Shown here: positions 8,472 to 18,059 of the stretch, in pieces
How the letters are laid out: each line of letters opens with the position of its first letter
Position numbering within the stretch: the first letter of the stretch is position 1
From: an uncultured bacterium
GTDB taxonomy: Bacteria > Patescibacteriota > JACMRA01
Reading direction: 5' to 3'
Assembly: GCA_963704645.1 (NCBI GenBank)
Contig: OY969926.1
Span: 864,001-928,000 of the forward strand
DNA length: 64,000 bases
Program-made: the position numbers and the translations under genes
The notes under the pieces: model-generated
What the model was told of the DNA's origin: nothing
Databases searched by the model: none
What the model saw: only the letters and a program-made list of their open reading frames with translations

Positions 8472-10031
8472 TTATATAGAGCTGACCCAAATAATTATTT
8501 TAACATCTGTCTGAGCTGTTGGTAGAACCCATTCTGCGGGACAAACATCTAATATTGTATAAGTAAAATCTGGCTTTTTGTCTAAGCCGTTAAACAAAGT
8601 TTTAATTTTTTCATCTTTAATACAAATTTCGGTTTTTTCTGTGCTTTTAGCTGTGGCGGATTTTATTCTAGACCAGCTGTTATTGCTGTATAAATTACTA
8701 AATCCAGTTTTTTCTAAGGCAGTTGCTGCTTTTACTGTATCATTGCTTTGATTGCCTAAAATAGCCACCGGTGCTTCAAATAACTGAGTAGATTGCGTTT
8801 GAACAAGAATGTCTTGAACAAAAGATTTAGCTTTGTTTCGTGCGGCCGAAGTAGTGTTTCTTCCAGCTATAGCCCCTCCGCAATAAGTTATAATGTAAGC
8901 CCCATCATCAGAATCTCCTACACATAAAATTCCGTTCCCTGTTGCCCAAGTTACCCTAATAAAATTATTCTTAATTTCATCAATGTTCACATTTTTAAAA
9001 ATTTCATAGGCAGAAAGCATTTCGTCTAGTTTTACTGATGTTTTCATATTTTTACCTAAGATATCTAAGTAGGCATTAATTTTTGAAGCATTTACAGCTA
9101 AGTTCTCGGCTTTAATTTTTGTAATTACAGCTTGAATAATTTGCTGCTGTCTTCTACCTCTTTCAAAATCTGATCCTTGTCCGTTGTTGCCATATCTACT
9201 TCTAGCGTAAATTAAAGAAGTTCTAGCGTCCATTTTATTTATACCTTTAGTAAAAGTAGGGCAAGGTCGAACATAACCAGAATAGTTGTCTGTTGGGTAA
9301 TTACAGTCTGTGAAGGGTTGGTCTACATCAACTTCCACACCACCAAGTTGTTCAATAACTGCTTTAAAACCTTCAAAATTAATACTAACCCAATAGTGCA
9401 TTTGAATTCCAAATTCTTTCCCTAAAAAGTCTGATAGAAATTGTTCTCCTCCAACATCGCTGTATCCTGCTGTTTTTCTACCCTCTGCATAAGCTGCAGC
9501 ACCATTTATTTTATAGCTCCCAAAACCATCATATATATAAAAATCTCGCGGAATATTTAAAGTTACAACCTTTTTTTCTTTATGATAATAAGAAGCAATA
9601 ATTATAGTATCTGTTAAGCCAGCTACTGAATCTTTCCCAATCATTAAAACATTTGTTCTACCTTCTTCTTCGCCTTTCAAAGGAGTTCTTGTTTTTAACG
9701 GGTTTAAAGCTCCACCTAATTGACCAAGTTGATCTAGAAAACTGGTACTGCCACCTCCAAATATATCACTGGTTGCACTTAGCGTGGTAAATCCAAAATA
9801 TGTTCCCCCAGCAATTAATGACAAAGAAGCTAAAATTAAAATTAGGGAAATCATCTTTCTAAAACCGAATCTTTTCTTTTTTGGAGTTTTAAAATGATTG
9901 GTTTCCACTTTCTCTACTTCTTGACTATTTGTAGGTACAACAACACTTTCTGCGGTTATATTGTCTTCAGGTAATAAATTATTGTGAAATCTTTCTGTTG
10001 TATCGTCAGTTTTTTTAAAAATTGTAGGCAT
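8472..10031 (-). CDS. LCP (LytR-CpsA-Psr) family glycopolymer transferase
   Basis: N-terminal TM; TDTIIIAS, IPRDFY, KIN, YARSRY, SDFERGRRQQQII motifs. Confidence 0.93.
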   Translation of the reverse strand: MPTIFKKTDDTTERFHNNLLPEDNITAESVVVPTNSQEVEKVETNHFKTPKKKRFGFRKMISLILILASLSLIAGGTYFGFTTLSATSDIFGGGSTSFLDQLGQLGGALNPLKTRTPLKGEEEGRTNVLMIGKDSVAGLTDTIIIASYYHKEKKVVTLNIPRDFYIYDGFGSYKINGAAAYAEGRKTAGYSDVGGEQFLSDFLGKEFGIQMHYWVSINFEGFKAVIEQLGGVEVDVDQPFTDCNYPTDNYSGYVRPCPTFTKGINKMDARTSLIYARSRYGNNGQGSDFERGRRQQQIIQAVITKIKAENLAVNASKINAYLDILGKNMKTSVKLDEMLSAYEIFKNVNIDEIKNNFIRVTWATGNGILCVGDSDDGAYIITYCGGAIAGRNTTSAARNKAKSFVQDILVQTQSTQLFEAPVAILGNQSNDTVKAATALEKTGFSNLYSNNSWSRIKSATAKSTEKTEICIKDEKIKTLFNGLDKKPDFTYTILDVCPAEWVLPTAQTDVKIIIWVSSI

Positions 10032-10063
10032 GATTTTATTGTGTTAATTTGTTAATTTAGAAT

Positions 10064-10438
10064 TTACATCCTGTTCTCATTGTCGTTTGGGAAGGCAGAA
10101 TTACCTATTGCTTGGCCTATAGAAAGTGAAACGGAAATAATTAATAATGTAATAAATTGACCAAAACCAGAGCCGGAAATTGTAACACCTTGTGGTATAT
10201 TTAAGCTAACCCAGAGTACAAACAGGTTTATTAAAAAACCTAAAAACCCAAAACTTAGAAAGTTTAAAGGAAGCGTGAAAAGCTTTAAAATAGCTCCTAA
10301 TGTAAAATTCAACAAAGTTAAAATTAAAACTAAAAATACGGCAGAAGTTACCGAAGCTACTTTAAATTCTGGAAGAATAAAACTTAAGAATAATATTACC
10401 AGTACATTTATTACGAAGAAAACTAAACTGCGAAACAT
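10064..10438 (-). CDS. Phage holin family 4 (YvlD/DUF360-like) membrane protein
   Basis: LKLFTLPLNFLSFGFLGFLIN motif and four TM segments. Confidence 0.8.
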   Translation of the reverse strand: MFRSLVFFVINVLVILFLSFILPEFKVASVTSAVFLVLILTLLNFTLGAILKLFTLPLNFLSFGFLGFLINLFVLWVSLNIPQGVTISGSGFGQFITLLIISVSLSIGQAIGNSAFPNDNENRM

Positions 10439-10584
10439 ATTTGTTAAAATTGGCAGTAGCTTGTTAAGATGTCAAACCAGCTGAAACTTAGAACAGAGTT
10501 GACATACTTTTTTGAATGTGAGGATATATATTTAGTTTGGAGTAGAAATTGTATTTTTATCAAAAATCAAGGAGCTTTCATAGA

Positions 10585-10929
10585 ATGTGTAAAGTAAATA
10601 GAAATATTGGCACGGACGGCTCAATTTTAGCAGAACTAGAAACTGGTTCAGAAAATCCTATCTTAGAGTTACATTTTCCTCAATCTCTAGGTCAATCTCG
10701 CACCGATGTAATTTCAGTACTTTCTCAGCTGTCAGATTTTTTTCAATTTTCAGTTGAATATTTTATTCGTGAAGGTTTGGCGGTTGCAGACGATGACAGT
10801 TCCAATGTTTATGATCTTTCTTCTGCTAGAATAGCCATCACTCCAACACCAGCTGGACGACGTTTATTGAACTGTATTGAAAGTTTTTTTTCAACTTTAG
10901 AATCTGCTTTTATTCCAGTTACAGTTTAG
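10585..10929 (+). CDS. ORFan cassette protein (acidic)
   Basis: Own TTGACA promoter (~10499), AAGGAG SD before ATG 10585, hairpin-U terminator at ~10953-10983. Confidence 0.6.
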   Translation: MCKVNRNIGTDGSILAELETGSENPILELHFPQSLGQSRTDVISVLSQLSDFFQFSVEYFIREGLAVADDDSSNVYDLSSARIAITPTPAGRRLLNCIESFFSTLESAFIPVTV

Positions 10930-11075
10930 ATGGTAAAACTTTTTCCAAATTGAAAGGCTAGGTTCTATAATCTAGTCTTTTTTCTTTGGCTGAAAAGTTT
11001 TCGAAGTAGGGAATCTATAGTAAGGAGATACTTTGTACTTCAGGTTGGCTCGATAATTTTTTGCTACTCCACACC

Positions 11076-11101
11076 TAGACCCTGAAACAAGTTCAGGGTG
11101 A
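11076..11101. repeat. REP-like palindrome family A (copy 2)
   Basis: Identical 26-mer. Confidence 0.95.
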
Positions 11102-11294
11102 CAGTACTCGTGAATTTAGTCTGACAATGCTGATTAACTCTGGGTTACTCTGCTACTACACTTCATTGATAGTTTTTTAGGCTATATTTTTGACAAAAAC
11201 CTTAAAAAAGAGCAGGTTTGGCATAATTAAATTTGGCTTACTATTAATAAAGTTCAAATTAATTACTTACATTAAATAACAAATTACACACTAT

Positions 11295-11768
11295 ATGAAA
11301 ATAAACATAGGCTTAACCCCAGATCAATTAAAAGGTTCAGTTGCAATTTTAAACCAATTATTATCAGATGAATTTGCTTTGTATGTTAAAGCTAGAAAAT
11401 ACCACTGGAATGTAACAGGAATGCAATTCCACGATTTACATAAGTTTTTTGAAAGCATTTACGAAGATCTAGACGTTATTGTTGATGATATAGCAGAAAG
11501 AACAAGAGCTTTAGGTGCTTTCGCCCCAGGAACTTTAAGTGAGTTTCTTAAAACAACTAAAATCAAAGAAAACCCAGGAGAAGTTCCAGCCCATGCTGAA
11601 ATGGTTAAAGATTTGCTAGAAGACCACGAACAAATAATTCAAGATACTGATTTATATATTAAAAAAGTTACTGAAGAGTTGGAAGACGTAGGTACAGCCG
11701 ATTTTCTAACTGGAATTATGGAAAGGCAAACCAAAACAGCCTGGATGCTTAGAAGCATGATATCATAA
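11295..11768 (+). CDS. dps: Dps ferritin-like DNA-protecting protein
   Basis: KYHWNVTGMQFHDLHKFFE, DDIAER, DVGTAD and WML motifs. Confidence 0.95.
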   Translation: MKINIGLTPDQLKGSVAILNQLLSDEFALYVKARKYHWNVTGMQFHDLHKFFESIYEDLDVIVDDIAERTRALGAFAPGTLSEFLKTTKIKENPGEVPAHAEMVKDLLEDHEQIIQDTDLYIKKVTEELEDVGTADFLTGIMERQTKTAWMLRSMIS

Positions 11769-11868
11769 GTTCAGATATTTCTTTCATAAATTGTTTTGAC
11801 AAAATAGAGCTATACTTGCTTCATTAAGAAGTATTGATTTTTGGACATAAATTTAGAGGGGATGTGCT

Positions 11869-12252
11869 ATGCTTCAATTGCATTATGATGATGACAGATT
11901 GATAGGAAGTCTGGAAGGTGGGAACAAAATTTCTGCTGTTCATGACCTTGAAAATGATAACATTTTGATTCAAATTGATTTAGTTGATGTTCATAGCATT
12001 TCAGATTTTGAAGTATTTATTGATCAGGTCATCTTCAATATAGAACATTTTAAAACCGTTGCCTATGAATTTAGCAATGGTGTAAATGGACAAATTATTG
12101 TTGATTCCGATGGTGAAGTAAATAGACTTAGCCTTGCGTTCTCAGCTCAAATTACTGATACCGAGTATGCCAACCATTTGGACAAAGCTATTTATATCTC
12201 AAATGTTCTGGCAGGATTATTTGGCAATTTAGTTCAACAAGCTTATGCTTAA
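11869..12252 (+). CDS. ORFan cassette protein (acidic)
   Basis: Own TTGACA promoter, AGAGGGG SD, terminator CAGGTGGCAC-CAA-GTGCCACTTG-T7 at ~12257-12286. Confidence 0.65.
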   Translation: MLQLHYDDDRLIGSLEGGNKISAVHDLENDNILIQIDLVDVHSISDFEVFIDQVIFNIEHFKTVAYEFSNGVNGQIIVDSDGEVNRLSLAFSAQITDTEYANHLDKAIYISNVLAGLFGNLVQQAYA

Positions 12253-12320
12253 ACCTCAGGTGGCACCAAGTGCCACTTGTTTTTTTGACAAATTTTTGGG
12301 CAGGTGGTTCAAATAAGTAA

Positions 12321-13274
12321 ATGTCTAATGTTGAAATTCAGTCTGATTTTGTTGTACTTTTGTTTTATAAATATGTGGAAATTACCAACCCTGAAGAGCT
12401 TAGACAAAGCCAGTGGGATTTTTGTGTGGAATATAATTTAAAAGGTAGGGTAATTATTGCCAATGAAGGAATAAACGGTACTTTGGCAGGTAAAAAAGAA
12501 GATGTAGAAAAGTATCAACAGTTTATGGATTCTCAGGAATTGTTCCAAAATATTCATTGGAAAAAAAGTGCTGGTAAACAAGATAATCCTGGCTCAGATT
12601 TTCCTAAATTATCTATTAAAGTAAGAAAAGAAGTGGTTTCAGCTCATTTAGGTTCCGAAGATTTAAACCCGAATATTGTTACAGGTAAATATCTTCAACC
12701 AGAAGAATTGAACCAATGGTTTTTACAGGGAAAGAAGTTTTATATTGTAGATATGCGTAACGATTACGAACAAATTGTTGGAACTTTTGAAAACGCAATT
12801 CTTTCGCAGTTTAGTAATTTTAGAGACCTGCCGCAAATTTTACCTAAAATTGATCATTTAAAAAACGAGACAATTTTAACAGTTTGCACTGGTGGGATAA
12901 GATGTGAAAAAGCTTCTGGGTTCTTGGTAAAAAATGGTTTTACCGATGTTTATCAACTTTATGGTGGAATTGTAAGTTACATGGAAAAATATCCTAATCG
13001 AAACTTTTTAGGTAAGCTCTATGTTTTTGATCAGCGTGTGGTAATGGGTTTTAACCTTGATTCTCCAGAACATGTGGTTATTGGAAAATGCCAGAAATGT
13101 GGAAATACATCTGAAGACTATATTAATTGTAGTTTACCAACCTGTCACAAGCACTTCATTTGCTGCCAAAATTGTTTAAGTAAAAAATCTATTTTTAACG
13201 GTGTAGGTTTTTGTAATTTGGAATGTGAAGCGGAAATGGAAGAGAAGGTGAATGCTGAGGTTATAAAGGTTTAG
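12321..13274 (+). CDS. trhO: Rhodanese-related tRNA uridine(34) hydroxylase (TrhO/YceA/UPF0176)
   Basis: LFYKY, LKGRVIIANEGINGT, DMRNDYE, CTGGIRCEKA, FDQR motifs and Cys-rich C-terminus. Confidence 0.92.
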   Translation: MSNVEIQSDFVVLLFYKYVEITNPEELRQSQWDFCVEYNLKGRVIIANEGINGTLAGKKEDVEKYQQFMDSQELFQNIHWKKSAGKQDNPGSDFPKLSIKVRKEVVSAHLGSEDLNPNIVTGKYLQPEELNQWFLQGKKFYIVDMRNDYEQIVGTFENAILSQFSNFRDLPQILPKIDHLKNETILTVCTGGIRCEKASGFLVKNGFTDVYQLYGGIVSYMEKYPNRNFLGKLYVFDQRVVMGFNLDSPEHVVIGKCQKCGNTSEDYINCSLPTCHKHFICCQNCLSKKSIFNGVGFCNLECEAEMEEKVNAEVIKV

Positions 13275-13446
13275 GGTTATTTGAGGTTCGATGTTTATGT
13301 TGAGAGTTCAAAAGTGGTGCCCCATCTATGCTTATTCTATAACAAAAGACCCTGAGTTTTGTTCGTCTTGAGATAATTTAAAATGAATTTTGTTTGAACT
13401 TGGAAAACATCCGTATGAGAATTAAAGATGCGTGTTACAAGAATTT

Positions 13447-13470
13447 GTGGCTCGCCAGCTTCGCCGCTAC
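13447..13470 (-). repeat. GTAG-tagged REP-like family B (GTAGCGGCGAAGCTGGCGAGCCAC)
   Basis: Near-identical copies at 16595, 49024, 56971 and 60163. Confidence 0.85.
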
Positions 13471-13575
13471 GGATTTTTTCTTCCGTTTTTGGGTTTGAGT
13501 GTACTTTTTAAATCACAACGTTTTCATATTAAACGTGAGAAGTCGATGGTAAACATTGTCCCTACAAAATTTATT

Positions 13576-14127
13576 CTATTTTTTTGGGGGTGGCGTTGGC
13601 GGGGTGGCACCTGGTAAGCCGAAAACGTTACTGCCTACTTCACTTATACCTTTTCCAAAACCAGCGATTGTGTCCTCTACAAATTTGGTTATTGTGTCTC
13701 CGGGCTTACCCATAATTTTGCTTAAGAAAGGAATATCGGGAAGGTCGAACACGAAAATTTTACAAACGTAAAAGGCTACAGCAAACCAACCAACAATAAT
13801 TGCGTATTCGGTAGAAGAATTTTTATAAATCAAATATAATATAACTGCTGTTAAGTAAGACCACCACATCCAGGCTGCGTCGGCTATGGCTTTAGCCCCT
13901 TTTTTTTCGTTTTCAACTTCTCCGTCGCCAAATTTCACCCAGTAATAATAAAAATTACCTAGTAAAAGTAAGCTATAAAAAATGCACCAAGCAAAAGTAA
14001 ACATGTTAAGCCAGTAAAGCCAAGAACTTAAGTCTATATTAGAAATAAAGTCTAAACCGCCAGTGTTAGTGCTTGTAGAAACTGTGTTGCTAGACGAAGG
14101 GCCAGATTGATATAAATTATCGGACAT
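13576..14127 (-). CDS. Membrane protein, pilin-like hairpin with Pro-rich tail
   Basis: Three TM segments around an EKKGAKAIADA motif; TTGACA 38 nt upstream. Confidence 0.6.
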   Translation of the reverse strand: MSDNLYQSGPSSSNTVSTSTNTGGLDFISNIDLSSWLYWLNMFTFAWCIFYSLLLLGNFYYYWVKFGDGEVENEKKGAKAIADAAWMWWSYLTAVILYLIYKNSSTEYAIIVGWFAVAFYVCKIFVFDLPDIPFLSKIMGKPGDTITKFVEDTIAGFGKGISEVGSNVFGLPGATPPTPPPKK

Positions 14128-14193
14128 TATGCTATATATTTAAGCTGGGAAATGGGAATTGTCAAAAAAAGTTATACTGGCTAGAATCTGTCA

Positions 14194-14314
14194 GTAGACC
14201 TTTTGCTTTTCTGCCTTGCATCTCAATTGTCAATTATTAAACAACAATGTAGAGGAAGCCCGGTGGTTCCAAAGGTAGCTGTAAAAGGGTGGCGCAATCT
14301 TGAGTTAGACTTCT
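14194..14314 (+). ncRNA. Structured RNA / 5' leader upstream of gapA (6S-like candidate)
   Basis: Promoter TTGTCA-17-TAGAAT (14159-14187). Helices 14199-14206/14281-14288, 14211-14217/14272-14278 and 14226-14230/14244-14248; hairpin 14254-14270. G-U pairs favour the + strand. Confidence 0.5.
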
Positions 14315-14334
14315 ATAAACAAAAATAACAAAAT

Positions 14335-15372
14335 ATGAACAAAATTAAATTAGGAATTAACGGTTTTGGCAGAATTGGCAGACTAGCTACTAGAATTATT
14401 CTAACTAAATATTTAGATAAAATTGAAATTGTAGGAATTAACGATCTAACTTCTCCAGAAAACTTAGCCTATTTATTTGAATTTGATAGTACTTACCGTC
14501 GTTTTGAATATCCAGTAAAAACAGAAGGTGGAAAAATTATTATCCCTAGTTTGCAAGTTTCCATTCCTGTATTTAGTCAGCCTGATCCAAAATTAATACC
14601 ATGGAAAAGTGTTCGTGCTGAAATTATTTTAGAATGTACAGGAAGATTTTTAACTGAAGAACTGGCTTCGTTGCATTTGCAAGAAGGAATTGAAAAAATT
14701 ATTTTATCTGCACCAGCTAAGGATAAACAAACCCCAACTTTGGTAATTGGCGTAAATACATCCAACCCACAGATATCCGAAATAGCAACTTCCAAAATAA
14801 TTTCTAATGCCTCGTGTACTACTAATTGTATAGCGCCAGCTTTAAAGGTTTTAACTCAAAACTTTAAGTTTCAAAACATTATGGCTTTAACTGCCCACGC
14901 ATATACAGCTACCCAGTTTTTGCAAGACAGCCCAACCAAAAAAGATTTCCGTGACGGCAGAGCAGCTGCAGTAAATGCTATTCCAAGTACAACGGGTGCG
15001 GCCAAAGCTGTGGAATTAGTTTTGCCCGAATTAAAAGGCAAGGTTAATTTAAGTTCTTTAAGAATTCCTGTTGTTACTGGTTCCTATATATATTTAGTGG
15101 CTAACTTAGAACCTGGTTCGATAATTCCAACAAAAGAAGAACTGAACAAGGTTTTTGCGGAAGCTTCAAGCACATATCTTAAAAATATCTTAGAATATTC
15201 TGAAGCAAATTTAGTTTCTGGTGATGCTATTGGAAACCCTCACTCTTGTATTTTTGATGCAAGCTTAACCGAGATAAATGCCAATTCTATTAAGGTTGTT
15301 TTGTGGTATGATAATGAATGGGGCTATGCCAATAGGTTAGTTGAATTAGTTAGTTTATTAAAAAATAAGTAG
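14335..15372 (+). CDS. gapA: Glyceraldehyde-3-phosphate dehydrogenase, type I
   Basis: GINGFGRIGR, SNASCTTNC, STTGAAKA and WYDNEWGY motifs. Confidence 0.97.
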   Translation: MNKIKLGINGFGRIGRLATRIILTKYLDKIEIVGINDLTSPENLAYLFEFDSTYRRFEYPVKTEGGKIIIPSLQVSIPVFSQPDPKLIPWKSVRAEIILECTGRFLTEELASLHLQEGIEKIILSAPAKDKQTPTLVIGVNTSNPQISEIATSKIISNASCTTNCIAPALKVLTQNFKFQNIMALTAHAYTATQFLQDSPTKKDFRDGRAAAVNAIPSTTGAAKAVELVLPELKGKVNLSSLRIPVVTGSYIYLVANLEPGSIIPTKEELNKVFAEASSTYLKNILEYSEANLVSGDAIGNPHSCIFDASLTEINANSIKVVLWYDNEWGYANRLVELVSLLKNK

Positions 15373-15375
15373 TAT

Positions 15376-15879
15376 ATGGCCATTAATCTAGTTTCCAATG
15401 TTTTTGCATTTATTGCAGTTTTGTTGTATGCAGCAACCCTTATACCAGGGCTAATAAACTATATTAATGTTGAATGGAAAACTTCAAAACTAACTCATTT
15501 TTTACATAGGCATAGAAGAGAAATTGGCATTATGTCTTTTGTTTTTGCATTTCTACACGCAGCAAGTATAGCTATTATTAGACAAATTAATTTAACTGAT
15601 CCTCTTTCTTATGTTAAATATTTTCAGGGTATTTTATTGCTAAGTATATTTTTTGCCTTGGCTGTAACTTCTAATAATTTCAGTGTTCATCATTTAAAAA
15701 AGAACTGGAAACGATTACATAGTTTAACTTTTGTGGCTTTATTTGTTTTGGTGTGGCATGTTGTAGACAAAATGTATGGTCATTGGACTTGGTTTACTCC
15801 ATTTGTATTGGGTATTTGTTTCACTTTAATTATATTTTTTATTAAACGAAAGAGGGTTGAACATTTAGGTAAAGGATAG
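15376..15879 (+). CDS. Ferric reductase-like heme membrane protein (MsrQ/YedZ-like)
   Basis: HRREIG, LAVTSN and WKRLHSL motifs with His heme ligands. Confidence 0.85.
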   Translation: MAINLVSNVFAFIAVLLYAATLIPGLINYINVEWKTSKLTHFLHRHRREIGIMSFVFAFLHAASIAIIRQINLTDPLSYVKYFQGILLLSIFFALAVTSNNFSVHHLKKNWKRLHSLTFVALFVLVWHVVDKMYGHWTWFTPFVLGICFTLIIFFIKRKRVEHLGKG

Positions 15880-15977
15880 GTGCGATTTATTGTAAGCGTA
15901 GAAATTACCATCCTAATTTTGAATTAAGCAAAAAAATAACTACTTCAGCGGGGTTGCGTAAAGTAGTTAAAATTAGT

Positions 15978-16478
15978 TTAAGCGTTACACCGTTTCATTG
16001 TGTCTTCCATTTCTTGCTCTAATAATTCATAGAGTTCAGAATCATCCCAAGGAACTTCCAAAGCTGCTTGTTGATCACACCAATCGTCGATGTGTGTTCT
16101 GTCACAATAACCTGCAGTTATATCATCAAATTCGAGTATCCACATTAGGTTGAACTTACCTTGGGAATTTGGTGTTCTTACATCAGCAGGGTAATTAATT
16201 ACTAATGGAAAGACATATTGCTCCAAAAAAGGCTTGATCAATATTTTTCTCAAGTCTTGCTCATCTGGAACATTCTCATTCCACTCCCACCAGAACCATT
16301 CATCACAAGCTAGATATACTTCGGTTAGAATCGCTCCATTACTGGCAATTTTTTCTAATTCGTTCCTTAAACATTCTGCTAACCTGTCTTCTGTTGCTAA
16401 AGAAAGACACAATCTAACTTTGTTATTTTCCAAAAAAGTTAGAGCATTTTCTTCAGAAAATTCAGAGTTATAACTCAC
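15978..16478 (-). CDS. ORFan cassette protein (acidic, Trp-rich)
   Basis: TTGACC promoter at 16546-16551, AGGAG SD, GTG start, terminator at 15930-15969; flanks homologous to the cassette at 60247-60784. Confidence 0.7.
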   Translation of the reverse strand: MSYNSEFSEENALTFLENNKVRLCLSLATEDRLAECLRNELEKIASNGAILTEVYLACDEWFWWEWNENVPDEQDLRKILIKPFLEQYVFPLVINYPADVRTPNSQGKFNLMWILEFDDITAGYCDRTHIDDWCDQQAALEVPWDDSELYELLEQEMEDTMKRCNA

Positions 16479-16594
16479 AATTTTCTCCTATTTCTGTTTG
16501 TAAAGATTTACAGAATAATTTGGGTTTAGCATAGAAATTGTTGTGGGTCAATGTTTGTATTTTTTGAATTAGGTTTCTTCTGCTTTTAAAATGT

Positions 16595-16618
16595 GTGACT
16601 GGCAAGCTTCGCCGCTAC
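16595..16618 (-). repeat. REP-like family B copy
   Basis: GTGACTGGCAAGCTTCGCCGCTAC. Confidence 0.8.
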
Positions 16619-16684
16619 TGGTTTTTATAATAATTTGACACTTGTTTTAGTGTTTGGAAAGGTATGGGTTATATTTATCTAGCT

Positions 16685-16710
16685 TAGACCCTGAAACAAG
16701 TTCAGGGTGA
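16685..16710. repeat. REP-like palindrome family A (copy 3)
   Basis: Identical 26-mer. Confidence 0.95.
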
Positions 16711-16744
16711 CATGACTCTCTTGCTCTCAAATTAATTTATAAAT

Positions 16745-17977
16745 ATGACTTTTCCTTCCACCTCAAAAAAACCTAGAATTGCTATTGTTCATGACTATTT
16801 TGGCCAATATGGTGGGGCTGAAAAGGTGGTGGAAACTTGGTTGGAAATGTTCCCGGATGCTGTTCTTTATACTTCTTACTTCATTCCAGAAAAATTTCTT
16901 TCGTCTAAAACTATAACTAAAATATGGCAACAGGGTAGGGTGGTTACAACCCCAGTTCAAAGTTTGTTTAAAATAAAGTTCTTCCAAAAATTTCAAAAGC
17001 ATTTGTTTTGGCTGTATCCCGTTTTAATGTCTTTTGTAACTGTAAAAAACGCTGATGTAGTTTTAGTTTCTTCAACCTATTGCGGTAAAAATGTTAAAGT
17101 AGAGGGGTCCGGTAGCTCAAATAATTCATCGCCAAACGATCAAGTTGAATTTCTTCCAAAAATAATTCACTATTGCCACTCTCCAACCCGTTTTTTGCAT
17201 GGTTTAGTTACCGAAACTGACCACCAATCTCTCTCCAAAATTTTTCAATTGGCTATTCCACTTTTCACTTTCTGGCTGAAATGGATGGATTTGAAAGCTG
17301 CTAATTATTTAACCAGTAAAGGTACAATTTGGGTGGGGAATTCTAAGTTTATTTGTGGTTTAATTAAACAAGTTTATAATATAGATTCCAAATTAATTTA
17401 CCCACCTGTAGAAATTAACAATTTCCTTGAAATTCAAAATACACCTGAAAGTTTTTATTTGTGTCATGGCCGAGTTAGTTTCCACAAACGCCTAGATTTG
17501 GCAATTCAAGCTTGTTTGGAATTGGGTAGACCATTAAAAATTGGTGGAACCTCAGCTTTACCTAAAGAGATGGATGATCTTAAACTTATAGTTTCTAGTT
17601 ATGAAAGCAAACATCCTGAAAGTGCTGGTTTAATTGAATTTTTAGGCAGAACTACAGATCAGCAATATTTCAATTTATTATCTAAAACCAAAGGTTTTTT
17701 GTTTCCAGGAAAGGAAGATGCCGGCATTACCCCAATAGAAGTATTTGCGGCTGGTGTGCCAGTAATTGCATATCAAGCTGGTGGTGCTTTAGAATATTTA
17801 GAAAATGGTGTTAACGGATTATTCTTTGCAGAACAAACAGTGGAAAGTTTGAAAGAAGCTATTTTAAAATATGAAAACATCCAAGAGGTCCAATTTAACT
17901 CTGAAAAAATAAAGAGTACAGTGAAGCCTTTTAGTAGCGAGGTTTTTCAGGAAAAAATTTTGGGTATAATAAGCTAG
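16745..17977 (+). CDS. GT4 glycosyltransferase
   Basis: IAIVHDY..QYGGAEKV, YCHSPTR and EDAGITPIE motifs. Confidence 0.92.
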   Translation: MTFPSTSKKPRIAIVHDYFGQYGGAEKVVETWLEMFPDAVLYTSYFIPEKFLSSKTITKIWQQGRVVTTPVQSLFKIKFFQKFQKHLFWLYPVLMSFVTVKNADVVLVSSTYCGKNVKVEGSGSSNNSSPNDQVEFLPKIIHYCHSPTRFLHGLVTETDHQSLSKIFQLAIPLFTFWLKWMDLKAANYLTSKGTIWVGNSKFICGLIKQVYNIDSKLIYPPVEINNFLEIQNTPESFYLCHGRVSFHKRLDLAIQACLELGRPLKIGGTSALPKEMDDLKLIVSSYESKHPESAGLIEFLGRTTDQQYFNLLSKTKGFLFPGKEDAGITPIEVFAAGVPVIAYQAGGALEYLENGVNGLFFAEQTVESLKEAILKYENIQEVQFNSEKIKSTVKPFSSEVFQEKILGIIS

Positions 17978-18059
17978 TACTTTACCTGTATGCTACACAA
18001 ATTGACAAACAATCTAGTCTGTTTAAACATTACACAACGACTTTTTTAGTCTATATATT

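Noticed and set aside
14249-14278. GAGGAAGCCCGG resemblance to the RNase P RNA conserved motif
   Set aside because: The region is too short and lacks the 3' P4 partner sequence before gapA.
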